A stretch of DNA of 64,000 nucleotides, taken from assembly GCA_964016885.1 (NCBI GenBank), contig OZ024749.1, positions 53,382,001-53,446,000 of the forward strand. Direction: 5' to 3'. Of this stretch, positions 12,151 to 25,091 are shown one piece after another. The notes under the pieces were generated by a model that saw only the letters and a program-made list of their open reading frames with translations, did no database searches and was not told the origin of the DNA. Each line of letters opens with the position of its first letter. The stretch's first letter is position 1. A program made the position numbers and the translations under genes. The DNA is from Eledone cirrhosa (taxonomy: Eukaryota).

Positions 12151-12415
12151 TCAGAACATTCTTCTAATACTTTTGAGGTAAACCAATACGCTGGCCGCAT
12201 TAACATGGGTTATGGTGAGGCTAAGGTGCTGGAACAACCAAGCACTCCCATGGGCATCACCTGACACCTCCGTAAGGATGGGTGATGGCGATGCTAAGGC
12301 GCTGAAACAACCAAGCACCCTCACCACAAACAACACCTAACACCTCGGTTAGGCAAGCCGCTAACGATGCTAACAACTTCACTGTCAATGGTCCAGCCCC
12401 TTCATCACCCTCTAA
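12151..12415 (-). mobile_element. CRE-clade REL C-terminal fragment with internal tandem duplication
   Basis: GAGPLTVKLLASLA...GAWLFQRLSIAI followed by EVSGDAHGSAWLFQHLSLTITHVNAASVL; homologous to 6772-6967. Confidence 0.7.
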
Positions 12416-12752
12416 ATTGCTTCTTAAGAACTGACACAACGACTATTTACTGCGTAATTTCATCACGAATAAAACAAAACAAAATTGCGTCTTTGTTCTA
12501 TTTTTATTTGTTCCCAGTCATATTCTTGCAGTGTAGTGTTGTGTTTATTAGAAGACTAAATTACAGTGTTGCTGTATATGAGAATGAAATGTTTGCTGTG
12601 TAACACCAAACATTTAAATGATAACTTGATGGTTACTGCATTTGACATAACTTATGACGGTGTCTCCTGGGGAGGAAAAGAGAGTGTGTGTGTGAGAAAG
12701 AGGGGGAGAGTCTGTATTGTTTTCAATACAGGTGAGATTCAGATATGTGTCT

Positions 12753-12847
<95 letters not shown>

Positions 12848-13864
12848 CCTTTACATCAGAAGCGCAACTAGGGAAAATAGTGCCCATGGTAAGTGCAGTG
12901 AAATTGCACCCCTGCCCAAACATCTGACATCCGTCTTTCAGATAACCAGCACTGTATTTTTAACTATGGAGGTCTAATACTTTATATAAATGGTTTAATG
13001 ATCCAACCACCATAGTGTTTCTCACCCATGATAATAAAAGACAGATCAAAGAAGTTTCTTTTTTCACCCTCCGCCAACGTTAGCTTGTCTGACTTTGATA
13101 GAAAGTGTTCCTAGTCCATGTGGAACCACCCGCCCATGGCACATGCCATGGTTACCATATCCTAATTACGTCTCTGTTCTACATCTTTGGAGTCTTTATT
13201 GTTTTCATTAAAGGTGACGTTCAGAGTTGTTTCACTTATCGGATCCAAATGTAAATAGCAAAACAATTAACTAAACATTCATTTTAACGTGAAAGAGTTC
13301 AGGAATGAAGAGTAATATTATTTCCAGGTGCTGCTGAACAATTTAATGTAGGAATAACGATGCAAAAGAGAACATTATAAAATACCCCACTTAAAATATA
13401 TAGAGATAACAATCTTAATGATACCCGTTGTACACACCTATCGTTTTTTACCAGAATTTCGGTTAGGTCTCATCCCTTTACAGTGGACATTCCTACATGT
13501 AATCGGAAATTCTATTCTCATAGTTTCTCCACTCGCACTTCTCATCTATGGAATTCTTTTTCGGCTTCTTTCTTTCCTTACCACAACAATTTGCAAAATT
13601 TCAAAAGCAATATCAATTGTTATTTTCTCTTTCCTTAAATTATGCCCCCCCCCCCCTCTATCTTGTCCTTCTCCATTCTCAGTAACGCTTGCATTTTAGT
13701 GGCTTTATTGCATTGCTTGGGGTGGATAATTTTTTTTAAAAAGGGTAAACATTCAGCAGAAGTATGAATATTGGATGTTATACAATTGTAGCTTTGTTCT
13801 TTGATGGGTGTTTCATGAAAAGAATAATGCCAGGATTGTGTTGTTAACAACGTTTATTTTGCAA

Positions 13865-14437
13865 CTAGCAGTGGTACCTGGCGTTGCACGGGATAAGGTA
13901 TTTTGGAACGCGGGCCGCCAACAGACCTAATCGTGGAAAAAACTGCATGCCTGGACAATATGTAAAGAAAATAAACCGAATACTCTGATGGCTGGATAAT
14001 CTAAGATTTTCCTCGATGAGGCAGGTTTTCAGCTAATGCAGGCCCTAGGGGATCAAGAAAATGAATTTTTTTAATGTGCATAATATGTCTTGAAATTTCG
14101 GGAAAATCGGCTAGATGTAACGCCTCAAAAAAGCCCTAAAAAGGTGAATAAAATGAAGTTTTTCACCTAATGCGGGCCCTAGGCCATAAAAAAGTTGGAT
14201 TTTCTTTGCTCACGGTATGAAGAAAAGACTGACTAATACATAGTTACAATTTCAAGGAAATCGGTCTGACGTAACGCCTCAAAAAACCCCTAAAAAGCTG
14301 GAAAAAACGCAGTTTTTCACCTAATGCGGGCCCTAGGGGATCAAAAAGTAGAATTTTTAATATGCATAAAACTCCCTGAAATATAAGTAATACACATGTA
14401 AAGTTTGAAAAAGATCGGTTGGGTACTTCTCGGGTTT

Positions 14438-14469
<32 letters not shown>

Positions 14470-14509
14470 CATATATCCTTCCTCAGTTTTATATATATAC
14501 ATATATAGA
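13865..14509 (-). mobile_element. Non-autonomous Helitron-like element
   Basis: Minus strand starts A|TCTATATA and ends with a GC-rich hairpin CCCGTGCAACGCCAGG then CTAG|T; three internal repeats of CTAATGC(G/A)GGCCCTAGG; a second similar 5' end lies at about 14800-14941. Confidence 0.6.
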
Positions 14510-14949
14510 TTAAAATAACAGATTAAAGTTTAAGCAAAGAATCGTTGCTTTCACCCTTAACGGGATCTTCTGAAACTAAAAACATCAATCTGTGAATGCA
14601 GAAGTAAATATTTCGAAAAACGTTGCAACCGAAGGAAAACAGGAAGACGATACTTTGGTTCGTGAAGACGTTCCCTGGCAATGAACGGATAATAGCGAAC
14701 ATAATACGTTATCAATGTTCGTCAGAATGTCGTAATGCAGACAGCCAGGCATACAGACAGATATTATAAGAGCGCGACGGAGATGAATAAAACCCCTTTA
14801 ACAACAGAAAATTGAAAAATAAAAGCTACAAGGAATATATAAATGCAAGTTTGAAGTCAATCGGAGTAGAAATGTGGATTTGTATAGACTTTGCAAAAAT
14901 GAGGACACACACACAGACAACATCAGTTTTATATATATAGATAACAATA

Positions 14950-15528
14950 TGTGACAGAATTTATTCCTACATTAATTTGTTGGCTAGCTACTTCGAGCTA
15001 GCGTGCATGCATGTATCAATTCAACGTTACACTATCACAGTGAGACGGAAGAATAGAATGAGCGTAGAATGAAAACAATAGAAACTTACTATGCGTAGAA
15101 TGAAAACAATAGAAACTTACATAGTAAGTGTGTCTATTCTTAGAATACATTATTCGTCTCAAGGACTGCTGCTTCATGTCTGGCTGTGTCTGTGGCCGAG
15201 AAGGACCAGGAGAGAGAAAGGGTAAAAGGTCTGCTGATGCCTACATGATTATCTCTCACTGACTGCTGCTTCGGGTCTGTGTTAGGTTTCCTAAGTCCTT
15301 GTATTTATAATAACCTTATAGCTAGAAGGATGTATATACGAGTTGATTTATGGGCAGCCATCTGTGTTCCCCCTGTCTACAAGCTGGGTCACAGATCAGG
15401 TGGTATGTACGTTAATCATCGTTGTCTTTTGACAAGACAATGGTGAGAACCTCCCACGATAGATTGTCCCAGAGGCGACAATCTATCGGTTTCAAATCTT
15501 CGCCGGTTATTATTAGTATTCCGTTATA
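14950..15528 (-). mobile_element. Solo LTR related to 11163-11897
   Basis: Termini TGTGACAGAAT...ATTCCGTTATA; shared CTTCGAGC, TGTATTTATAA and GGTTTC(G/A)AATCTTCGCCG motifs. Confidence 0.55.
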
Positions 15529-15654
15529 CAATTAAAGTTTTTATTATTCTTCTTGTGTATACATATATGATGGGGTCTAGTGTCACAGGGAAGAGGGGGG
15601 TGATGGGCTCTGGTGTCACAGAAGAATGAGGAGAGGGAGGTTGATGGGCTCTTG

Positions 15655-15900
15655 GTCTGTGGTAATGGGACAAGATCGCAAAAGCATTCCTGCGGACAAT
15701 GGCCAGCGGCACCCGCTGCAACATCCATCCCACCTCGCGAGGCTCCTTCCTCAGATGGGCTGCTGATGTTCTGATCTTACGGAGGAGCTCGGCCGTACGG
15801 GAAATTAGCTGCATAATGGCGGCATGCCTAAGGAACCGACCAACCATTCTGGCGACAATAGAGCGGATGTAGTCTGAACTATGGCTCCACAGTTATGTAG
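15655..15900 (-). mobile_element. CRE-clade REL C-terminal fragment
   Basis: EPREVGWMLQRVPLAIVRRNAFAILS motif. Confidence 0.65.
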
Positions 15901-16459
15901 CTCACTAATTCCACCTCTTTCAGTTTCGGTTTTTCTGACATCACCACCACCACCACTATCACAGCCTCTCTCTCTGGATCTCCTTCTCCCCCTCTGTCTA
16001 TCTCTCTCTATGTGTCTGTCCCTCTCCCCTCTCCCCCCTCCCGCCCTGCACCTCTCTCTCTGTCCTCCATCTCTCCATTTTTCACACACACTTATTTCAT
16101 AGAGACGTGATATTAAAAAAAAAACCTTTAGTATCACACAAACATCGGTCTCTCTCTTTCACCTTCTCTTTCTCCTGCTCTCTCTCTCTCTCTCTCTGTC
16201 TTTCTCACCTCTCTCTACACCCACCCCCTTTCCACAGCCTGAGAGTCTTTTTACACCACAGACAGCAATTTTTAATATAACACATTGATGCCATTGATTT
16301 ATTTGAGTTATTCCCCTTAGATTATTTTATTTTCAATATAATTGTTTATTGGAGAAAATCATAGTATAAGCGTTTTCTTTGAGAAATGTTCTGCCAACAA
16401 CACTTACTAAAACTGTTTTCAGTCTTTCAAAATATTTTCCAATATCACTAACAATTAGT

Positions 16460-17050
16460 GCTGTTGTTACTTGAGGCTCGGCCTCGGGGTCTGCAAGCCA
16501 CACAAATGACACTTTAAGCCTCTACCCACTGTCGCTACAGTACCGGCTGCCTTCCACAACATGCTCCACTCAGCAAGATCAGAAAGCATGGCTTGGATGC
16601 TGCAGGCTTCCCCTCCCAACTCGAGTCGGTGGGACCGAGCCAAAGGAACGGCAAAAGGCCAAACGGCATCTTCCCGTTTCGCGGTGGTAAATCCTTCGTC
16701 TGGGATGCCACATGCAGCGACACTTTTTCCAGCGGTAACCTGTGACTAACCCAAGCTTTGATGCACTTCGGGCTGAGGAGGATAAACTCTCCAAAGATCA
16801 GTCGCTCTCTGACTGGTTTGTAGTTGAGCCCTTAGCAGTGGAGAATTCTGGTGTCCTTGGCCCTTCGACCACCTCCCTATTCACCACCATAGGCAGGGAG
16901 TTGACTACCAGCAAGTATTAACCTCGTAAGCTGGAATGGCTCTTCCAACGCGTCTCCATCATCATCCTCCGTGGAAATGTTTTCTCTATTCTGTCCAACG
17001 GGGCCGCGGGGAAACCAGCGCGTGGGCTTCCATTTGTTTATAATAGTGTG
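16460..17050 (+). mobile_element. CRE-clade retrotransposon fragment: Zn-knuckle remnant plus REL endonuclease (decayed)
   Basis: Hand translation: LRLGLGVCKPHK..PQHAPLSK..NGKRPNGIFPFRGGKSFVWDATCSDT..AEEDKL..EPLAVENSGVLG..WLFQRVSIIILRGN; internal stops. Confidence 0.8.
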
Positions 17051-17330
17051 AGATGGGAAGAGCGATAGAGACGGTTTCATATAGTTTAGGGCCTCAGCGT
17101 GTGAAAGCCTCACAAACAATCCCAGATTCCCAAACACCCTGTTATTTATTTGGATGAGTAGAGAAATTATGCAAAAAATCCCTTAGTTTTTTAATTGAAA
17201 ATTAGAATAATTTTGGAAGATTTTCTAAATATTTTAAGTCCTGTATAATTCATTAAAATAATTGTTTTGTACTGAGTAGAGGGAATATATACATATATAT
17301 ATGTGTGTACATGCATACATACATGCGTAT

Positions 17331-17421
<91 letters not shown>

Positions 17422-17638
17422 ATAACAGATTAAAGTTTAAGCAAAGAATCGCGGCTTTCACCCTTAACGGGATCTGCTGAAACTAACAAAGTCAATCTGT
17501 GAACGCAGAAGTGAATATTTCAAAAAAAGTTGCAACCAGAGGAAGACAGGAAGACGATACTTTGGTTCGTGGAAACGTTCCCTGGCAAAGAACGGGAAAA
17601 AACGAATATAATACGTCATTATTTGGAGCGATGGTGGA

Positions 17639-17823
17639 TTGGCAGTATCGGTAGAGTCGGACGCCATGCTTTCCAGCATCGTTACATCCCTTTACGGTCT
17701 GAGTTCAAATCTCGCCGAGGTTTATTTTGCCTTTCATCCTTACGAGGTCGATAAAATAAAGTACCAGTAATGCACTGAGTAATTGCTGACCTTGTGCCTA
17801 AAGTAGAAGCAATTATTTGGAGC
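17639..17823 (+). mobile_element. Family-A SINE with TSD ATTATTTGGAGCG
   Basis: Full SINE consensus with a direct repeat on both sides. Confidence 0.85.
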
Positions 17824-18235
17824 GGTGAAAAACAATTTTCTATTAGGTAGTTCATAGAGAAGTTCTCTGGCAATGAACGGAAAAAATGAAGATAATACGT
17901 CATATGTGGAGTGGGGAGAACAATTGCACGCAAAGATAAAACCATGTAAATGGTATAACTGAAGTCGTAGACTAAAATTCTAACTAGGAAACCGAATGAT
18001 TCTCGGCTTCAGAGTTTGGAATAAAGTAAATAAAATACAGAGGTAAATGAAATTAAATAAATACATACACGCATCGATAAATGACTTTGCCTTTCATCCT
18101 TACGGGGTCAATGAAATAAAGTACCAGTAATGCACTGAGTAATTGTTGGCCTTGTGCCTAAAGTAGAAACAATTAATTTCTCTATTTTCATTTATTTATA
18201 TTTATATATATATATATATATACATATGTATGTAC

Positions 18236-18317
<82 letters not shown>

Positions 18318-18453
18318 TTTTGTAAATTATACATACATATATGTACACTTATATATACACATACCGGAAATTATACTGAAACGAGGCAGAACGGGGGCTA
18401 GGTGCTCGCCACTTAGGAAACGGTGTCTTCACCATATTACTATTATTAATAAT

Positions 18454-18679
18454 ATGTCGTTTATAAATGTCCGGTTACTACCGTTCTTGGCTACAAATTT
18501 AAAGCTTCAACATGGTCGTCGTTTGTCTACATTATATCGTTTACCACAACATAAATGGAAAGTTAAATCGACTTTCTTTTCGCCGGAACAGAGAAAGTTA
18601 AATTTACTGGCCAAGAACAATATTTACAGACAAAACACATTAAAGTCAGGTGGAAGCTTGATCCTCGTTTCCACTCAAG
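18454..18679 (+). CDS. Rhodanese-domain protein exon 1 (mitochondrial presequence-like)
   Basis: MSFINVRLLPFLATNLKLQHGRRLSTLYRL... is R/K/L/S-rich and acid-poor; phase-1 donor AAG|GTTAGT joins exon 2 in frame. Confidence 0.68.
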
Positions 18680-19629
18680 GTTAGTCATTAACTACCTTGT
18701 TTTCGGGGCTAATGTCTTAAATTATTGCCAACATGTCATGTTTTCTTTTTTATCTTGTTTCTTGCTAAATATATTCGGCTATCCATTCGTCTTTGTATTC
18801 TTATGTTTCATTCTAACAGCCTGAAGTTATTCGCCAATGTTGTTAACTTTCAATTAATAAACATGGGTCCTTGCTCTCATAATAATCATTTCAAACGACG
18901 GTTCTACCAATTGTAAATATATATATATATATATATATATATAACTTATGAATCAAATGTTATATAATTTTTCAAATTCTATGCGGAACTTTTTTTTATC
19001 CAGCATTCCTTATTAAGAATTACAGACCAGACAACAGTAAGAATCTAGGTCTTCCCTATACAGCCATATATGACGATGACGATCGTAACAGTTTTTAACT
19101 CTTTGTAATATCTATCTATCAATAGACTAAATTACTATATCATGTTCCAAGATTTAATAGCCTCTGGTATTTAACTTTCATCCCTTGAGGTCGATAAAAT
19201 AAGTACTTCGATTTCTTACAACTTCACTCGAAATTCCACCCTACACAATTTCTGCTGTAAAAAGAATTTGCCCTTATTAATTATTGCTAAGTTAGCTGTT
19301 ATACTTACCATTAGTTTGATAAATAAAAAAGCCCATCGAATATTATGGTATGTCTTCACCCCCTAATGTAATTACTAATCTGATACTAATATATATATAC
19401 ACACAAACACACTCAGAAATGACTTCTACATGACAAGAACTGTTTCATTCGGGAATGTATATAATAAAGATGCCTATACTCTACCAATGTATTGAGCACC
19501 TTTTCGGGTATATATATATATGAGAGAGACGGGGGGGGGGGGTAAACATAGTGTTTAACTGAGCTCTCTATATATTCAGAATGTGAAGGGAACCAATTTC
19601 AATTTTCCACTTCCCAAACATTGGTACAA

Positions 19630-19800
19630 GTGTGTTTTATATACTAATATATAAATATTAGTATATAAACTGTGTTTATATACTAATATATACATCGTGT
19701 TTATATACTAATATATAAACTGTGTTTATATACTAATATATACATCGTGTTTATATACTAATATATATATGTATCAAGTTTATATACTAATATATAAATT
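19630..19800. repeat. Minisatellite, unit about 24-25 bp (TGTTTATATACTAATATATA..)
   Basis: About 6 tandem units, with one short inverted segment. Confidence 0.8.
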
Positions 19801-21053
19801 GGTTATACTAGCGTACAAATTATCATAGATATTTCAGACATTCTTCAGATTTAATGTTTCTTTTAAGTTGGTAGAAGCAGCATCAGAAGCCTCTGTGTTG
19901 TCGTTTGATTTGCTAGAAATGACAGCCAAATCTCCCTTAAATAACACCATACCGTTTAAAAAACAAAACAACAAAGGAATAACAATTTGGGTAATGTAGT
20001 TCTAGTTATAGAAAAGGAGGGTAAGGAAATTGTTGGGACGCCTTTGATTATAGTTCTGTAAAATCGTGGCTGGCCTAGGTCTAAACAACCGCTTTAAAAC
20101 GAAACACCACAGATTTGTGAAATATTTCACCACCATTTAATATATACTGGCCAAGTGGTGCGATTAAGTTAGACATGGCCTGGGCCAATACTGGACGAAA
20201 CCTATCAAAGTTATCACAGTCAACCCTTAACATTCTGTAATGATTTAACAGGGGGAAAAAATCTAAAAATGGTTTTGTAACGTCAAGTGTTTATAGTATC
20301 TTTTATTGGTGGATAGATCGTTGCGAAAAAGTTTTTACAATGTTAAAAAAAAAGATTAATTGCATTAGCAATCGAAAATGTGTTGGTAATGTTAGTTTCA
20401 TGTAACACAGGATGTTATGAGTTAAAGCAACAGGTTCAATAAAGATTTTAATATGTAGGTAGGTGTCCATCATGGCTTTGTGATATATAGTCCTTTTGGT
20501 CGTAACTGGGGAAGTTCACATCTAGATGTTCAGGTGAACTTCTTTGTCAATGAACTAATTCTCATTCATATGTTGAAGACTTGAAGAGATTCAAAATATA
20601 GAATCAAGAAGCTTTACAAAGACATGTTCCAGCTAACAGGAAAGAAGACAGACTTCTAATATCATTGACCTTACACAACATATAGGAAAGTATTAGGCAG
20701 AAATGATATATGGTTTACTCGTGTAAAGATGGAGGGGAAAACCTTGGAAAAATCAGGGATTATCTTTCCTGGTTGCTGTTTATAAAAAAAGAATTTAAAT
20801 AAATAGCAATCAGGAAAGACAGTCTCTGATTTCTCTGAGGTTTTCCCCCTTAATAATGGATGGTTCATCCGAAATATTGGGACTAATAAATTATTAAGGT
20901 AACAATCAGTCATTCTTGTCCTTTTCCTCCTTCTCCCACTCTTTGCATTCTACCTTACCTCTCTCAATTCCCCTCCGACGTCGTTGCATTGGTATATCAA
21001 TCTCACCTGCATTGTAACAGCTTTTTGTGAACATACCCATACCACTTTTCGTA

Positions 21054-21232
21054 TTGGCAGTATCGGTAGAGGGTTGGACGCCATGTTTTCCAGCGTAGTT
21101 ACATCCCTTTACGGTCTGAGTTCAAATCCCGTTGACATTAACTTTGCCTTTCATTCTTACGGGGTCGATAAGATAAAGTACTAGTAATGTACTGGGTAAT
21201 TGTTGACCTTGTGCCAAAAATAAAAACAATTA
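21054..21232 (+). mobile_element. Family-A SINE, full length
   Basis: A and B boxes and central domain. Confidence 0.85.
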
Positions 21233-21256
21233 TATAAATGAATATATAAAAATAAG

Positions 21257-21399
21257 TTCTTAACACAAATATATGCTACCTAAGGTTTCAAAATCCAGCA
21301 TAGGACATAGACATTCTATATTTGCAACAGATATCAAATGTTTATGTCCTATGCTGTTTGGAGTTTGAAACCTTAGGTAGCCTACATTTGTGTTGAGAA
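21257..21399. repeat. Fold-back (MITE-like) inverted repeat in rhodanese intron 1
   Basis: TTCTTAACACAAAT..GCTACCTAAGGTTTCAAA..CAGCATAGGACATA pairs with TATGTCCTATGCTG..TTTGAAACCTTAGGTAGC..ATTTGTGTTGAGAA. Confidence 0.75.
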
Positions 21400-21683
21400 T
21401 TTATGCTTTGGCTCTGTACATTATATATAGAGCGCTTTTCTCCTTGATCCATTCTTCAGAAACTCTGGGCATTATATACTATGGAACCATTGTTCATGAA
21501 TGCTTCATATCAAATTTTTCCAAACATAAAATGTCTTGGGAGGACAAACAGTATGTTGAGTAACAAACACGCAACCCGGTAACAAAGTTGATAACAAGCT
21601 GGGAGAGTTTCTACAGTGATATATATCTCTTTCACACAGTCACTCTCTCAACATTTTGTATGGGAAAAATAGTTTGTTTACGA

Positions 21684-21746
<63 letters not shown>

Positions 21747-21805
21747 AAATGTATGTATCACATGATTCTGATATATCATATTTATTGATGTTTAATTTGT
21801 TTAAG

Positions 21806-21973
21806 GAACCAGCCGAATTCTTAAACGAAGTAGTCATTATGACAAATGGACAAACCTCTGTTTCGAAGACATGGAGGCATTAATTAGTTGTGGAGATATT
21901 CAACTCTTTGATGTTCGGGAACCTAAAGAAATATTAGATACTGGGAAAATACCATGTGCTGTAAATATTCCGT
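21806..21973 (+). CDS. Rhodanese-domain protein (TSTD1/TSTD3/HSP67B2-like) exon 2
   Basis: AG|...IQLFDVREPKEILDTGKIPCAVNIP...|GTAAGT; 168 nt, phase 1/1. Confidence 0.9.
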
Positions 21974-22179
21974 GTAAGTTTTATATTTTTTCTTATATAA
22001 TTTTATGACTTATTTGTTATTTCAAGAAACCAAATGTTCTCTCAATTTTATTTTTATGCAATGAAGCTGTGGTTTTTTTTTTAATATTAGCAAAACAGAA
22101 ATATTTCTAACATTAATCAAATATTCAATTTTGACTATAAGTGATATCTAAAGCTTCTATTTATTTTTTTAAAATCTTA

Positions 22180-22445
22180 TAGTGCCACGATAAAATGCAC
22201 TCAGTTCACACTATAATGTGGTAGTGCCAGAATTATGATAAAATGCTCCCAGTCTACACTGTAAAGTGGTAGTGCTGGTGCCATAAGAAAAAGCACCTAG
22301 TTCTCCCTGCCAGGTGATAGTGCCAAAATTATAAAATGCTCCCAGTCCACACTGTAAAGTGTTGGTGCCACAAAAAAGAGAAAACCACCCAGTCCGCTTT
22401 GTCAGGTGGTAGTGCTAGGATTATAAAATGCTTCCAGTAATGGTG
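22180..22445. repeat. Degenerate tandem repeat, unit about 55-60 bp (GTGCC..ATAAAATGC.CCCAGT.CACTGTAAAGTGGTA)
   Basis: About 5 diverged units; the motif is related to the internal segment of SINE family B. Confidence 0.6.
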
Positions 22446-22769
22446 GTACAGGCTGTTAAGAGTTAATGTAGAAGTATCAGTAAGCTTGGTGTCACAACCA
22501 CAAAGTTTGTCTTGGCTTTTAGAAGTTTAATATTTTTTATGGAAGGTCAGTATCTCCAACTAAATATAGATTTTATTTAAAATATTATAACATTGGAAAG
22601 TTACTGTATATACTTGAATATAAGCTGAACACAGCCCACTATTTTATGCCTGAGAAATGAGCAAAGCTCCAAACCCCATTTATAAACTGAGGCAGCTAAT
22701 CAACACATTGTTTAAATAGTGTATATAATGATTTTGTTTTTTTAGTCACATTTGATTCTTTGTTTCCAG

Positions 22770-22932
22770 TGGGCCAAATCAAAGAAGCTTTACTAATGAC
22801 TGAAGATCTGTTTTTTAATACATATAGTATTATGAAACCTTCATTGCAAGATACTAACATTGTTTTTGTTGGTTTGGGCCACATCAAAAGCAGTACCGCT
22901 CTGGAAATAGCTCATAAAGCTGGATTCAAAAA
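22770..22932 (+). CDS. Rhodanese-domain protein exon 3
   Basis: TTTCCAG|LGQIKEALLMTEDLFFNTYSIMKPSLQDTNIVFVGLGHIKSSTALEIAHKAGFK|GTAAGT; phase 1/2. Confidence 0.9.
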
Positions 22933-24373
22933 GTAAGTTTCATATAATTAGAATTTTTCTGAATTATGTATTTCAGCTTAGATTTTTGTTTAAACTTTTG
23001 AGAGATACATTTGGATTATTGGTTGAGAGAATAGAAGTGTGTTTGATGATTGTTATAATGAAAACTGGTTTATTCAGAACTATTTAGTAAATATATCTGC
23101 ATATTTTCTATCTTAATATTTATTTCTAAGGCAAACAACTTTATTTAATGCATTTTATAAACCCCCTCCACATAGAAAAAATTCCCTGCAAAATGTGTCA
23201 TTTTTCTCTTATCAGTTTTTTTCCACTCTTTTCTTCCCCCTAAGAGGGTTGTGGGTGAAGGCAGAGTTCTCCAAATGATCCGGCTGGATCCCCAAGCATG
23301 ATCAACCATCTTGCTTATAGTCTGCCTCTGGGTCTCTGCTGATTGGTCAAAAGGTCAGTTTTAGTTATACAGATTCTGCCCAATGTTACAAGTACAAATA
23401 TATCTGAAGAAAACTGGAACATTTTAACTATAATCCAATGGGTAGGCAGTACCATTGATTAGACTGGAATAATCAATGTTGAAAACTATATCGCCATCAT
23501 TATTTAACATCCGTTTTCCATGCTACCACCGGTTAGGTGGGTTGTCACATTATGAGACAAGTCAGGACTAGAAACCTGTCATGCTTATATGGATCTGTAT
23601 TTTGGCTTGGTTTCTGCAGCTGGATGCTCTTCCTAATGCCAACCACTTTGCAGTGTGGACTTACCTAGTAAACAACTTCATCACCATGTTTAGGCCCTAT
23701 TTTTGGCACAAAATCAACTGCTTCTGGCATTAATGTCTTATAAGTATGTCCAGCTATCTGTCTTGTATGTTAAAGGAGCTCTCTATCTATTTAAGGAGGC
23801 TTTCTTTGTTCTTTATTCCAGAAATTCTTCTTGAGTTATCCCTCCATGGAAGGTGAAGCATTTATTTTGCTTTAATCTAATGGCTAGAATATATGCTGCT
23901 TGCCACACCTGCATACTCATAGAATTCTTCGCTAACTAGAGCAATTGAGCCAACCTATTGTTAAATCTCATAAATTCAGTTTGAATGAACTATTTTGCAT
24001 TGGGAGCCATCTTCTTCATTAGTTCAGATTTATTCTCTTTAAAATACAACTGCTACTGAGGGGAGTCAAGTTCACCCATGTCTCTAGTCTGTGATAAAAC
24101 AAGACATGGCATTTATTGGAGTTGTAGATAAAAGTGTTGAAGTGTGTTTGTAAATATTGATATTAGGTTTCAAGAGAAAGCAAACGATTTACTATGACAT
24201 ACTTAAATGTTGCTGGCATTATTATGAAACTGATTTAGATTTGAATGAATATCTATATTTAGTATTTGATCCCAAATATATCTGTAATATCTACTGTTTT
24301 ATATTTATATATGTGTGTGTGTATATATATATATATATATACATATATTTGTGTGTGTGTTACCTTTCTATAG

Positions 24374-24455
24374 GGCACGACATTATTATGGCGGTTACAG
24401 AGAATGGTTGACAAAAACTCAAATGGAACCAACACCACCTACTTTGGTTAAATGA
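24374..24455 (+). CDS. Rhodanese-domain protein exon 4 (stop)
   Basis: TTTCTATAG|G ARHYYGGYREWLTKTQMEPTPPTLVK*; the YxGGxxEW signature closes the domain; total CDS 639 nt. Confidence 0.9.
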
Positions 24456-24812
24456 AATTAACAGAACCACTGAAGACATCACTAAGTGCAGGAAATGAAG
24501 GAATTGAAAGCTGGAATGTCTTATCTTTTAGAGAAATCATCAACTTCACACCATTTGGACAACATCTCTGCTTTGATAACTTGGATATAGTACCTGATAA
24601 AGAACCATATCAAAAGACTTACAAAAATCTTTTTATTTTTTATTTTATTATATTATTCGGCAAATATTTAAATGAAGAAAATAAGAAGCTATACTCATTG
24701 TTGTTCATGACTAAAGACTCTGCTCTTATTCAGTAGAAGTATATTACAGTTAGACATAATGTTCAGATATTACTTAAATAATTTTAACTCTGGTTTCCGA
24801 ACAAACAGACAA

Positions 24813-24845
<33 letters not shown>

Positions 24846-24847
<2 letters not shown>

Positions 24848-25025
24848 AGGGTTCTGAAAAGTTCCTGACTTTGGGTAAAAGAAAACACAGGAGGATCAGT
24901 TAATTATGATTTTATTAAACATATTTCTCTCTCAGATTAACAGTTATTGCAGCGGTCCTACTTCCAATTTAAAGGTAACAGCTCTACCCTTTCATGATAC
25001 CCTTAAACCAGGAACTTTCCAGCAT

Positions 25026-25028
<3 letters not shown>
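24846..25028. mobile_element. Mariner-type MITE between (TA)n tracts
   Basis: AGGGTTCTGAAAAGTTCCTG...CAGGAACTTTCCAGCATCCCT imperfect TIRs. Confidence 0.6.

Positions 25029-25091
<63 letters not shown>

Noticed and set aside
18725-18916. ORF as an alternative first exon of the rhodanese gene
   Set aside because: Its only obvious donor (TT|GTAAAT) is phase 2 and does not fit the phase-1 acceptor at 21806.
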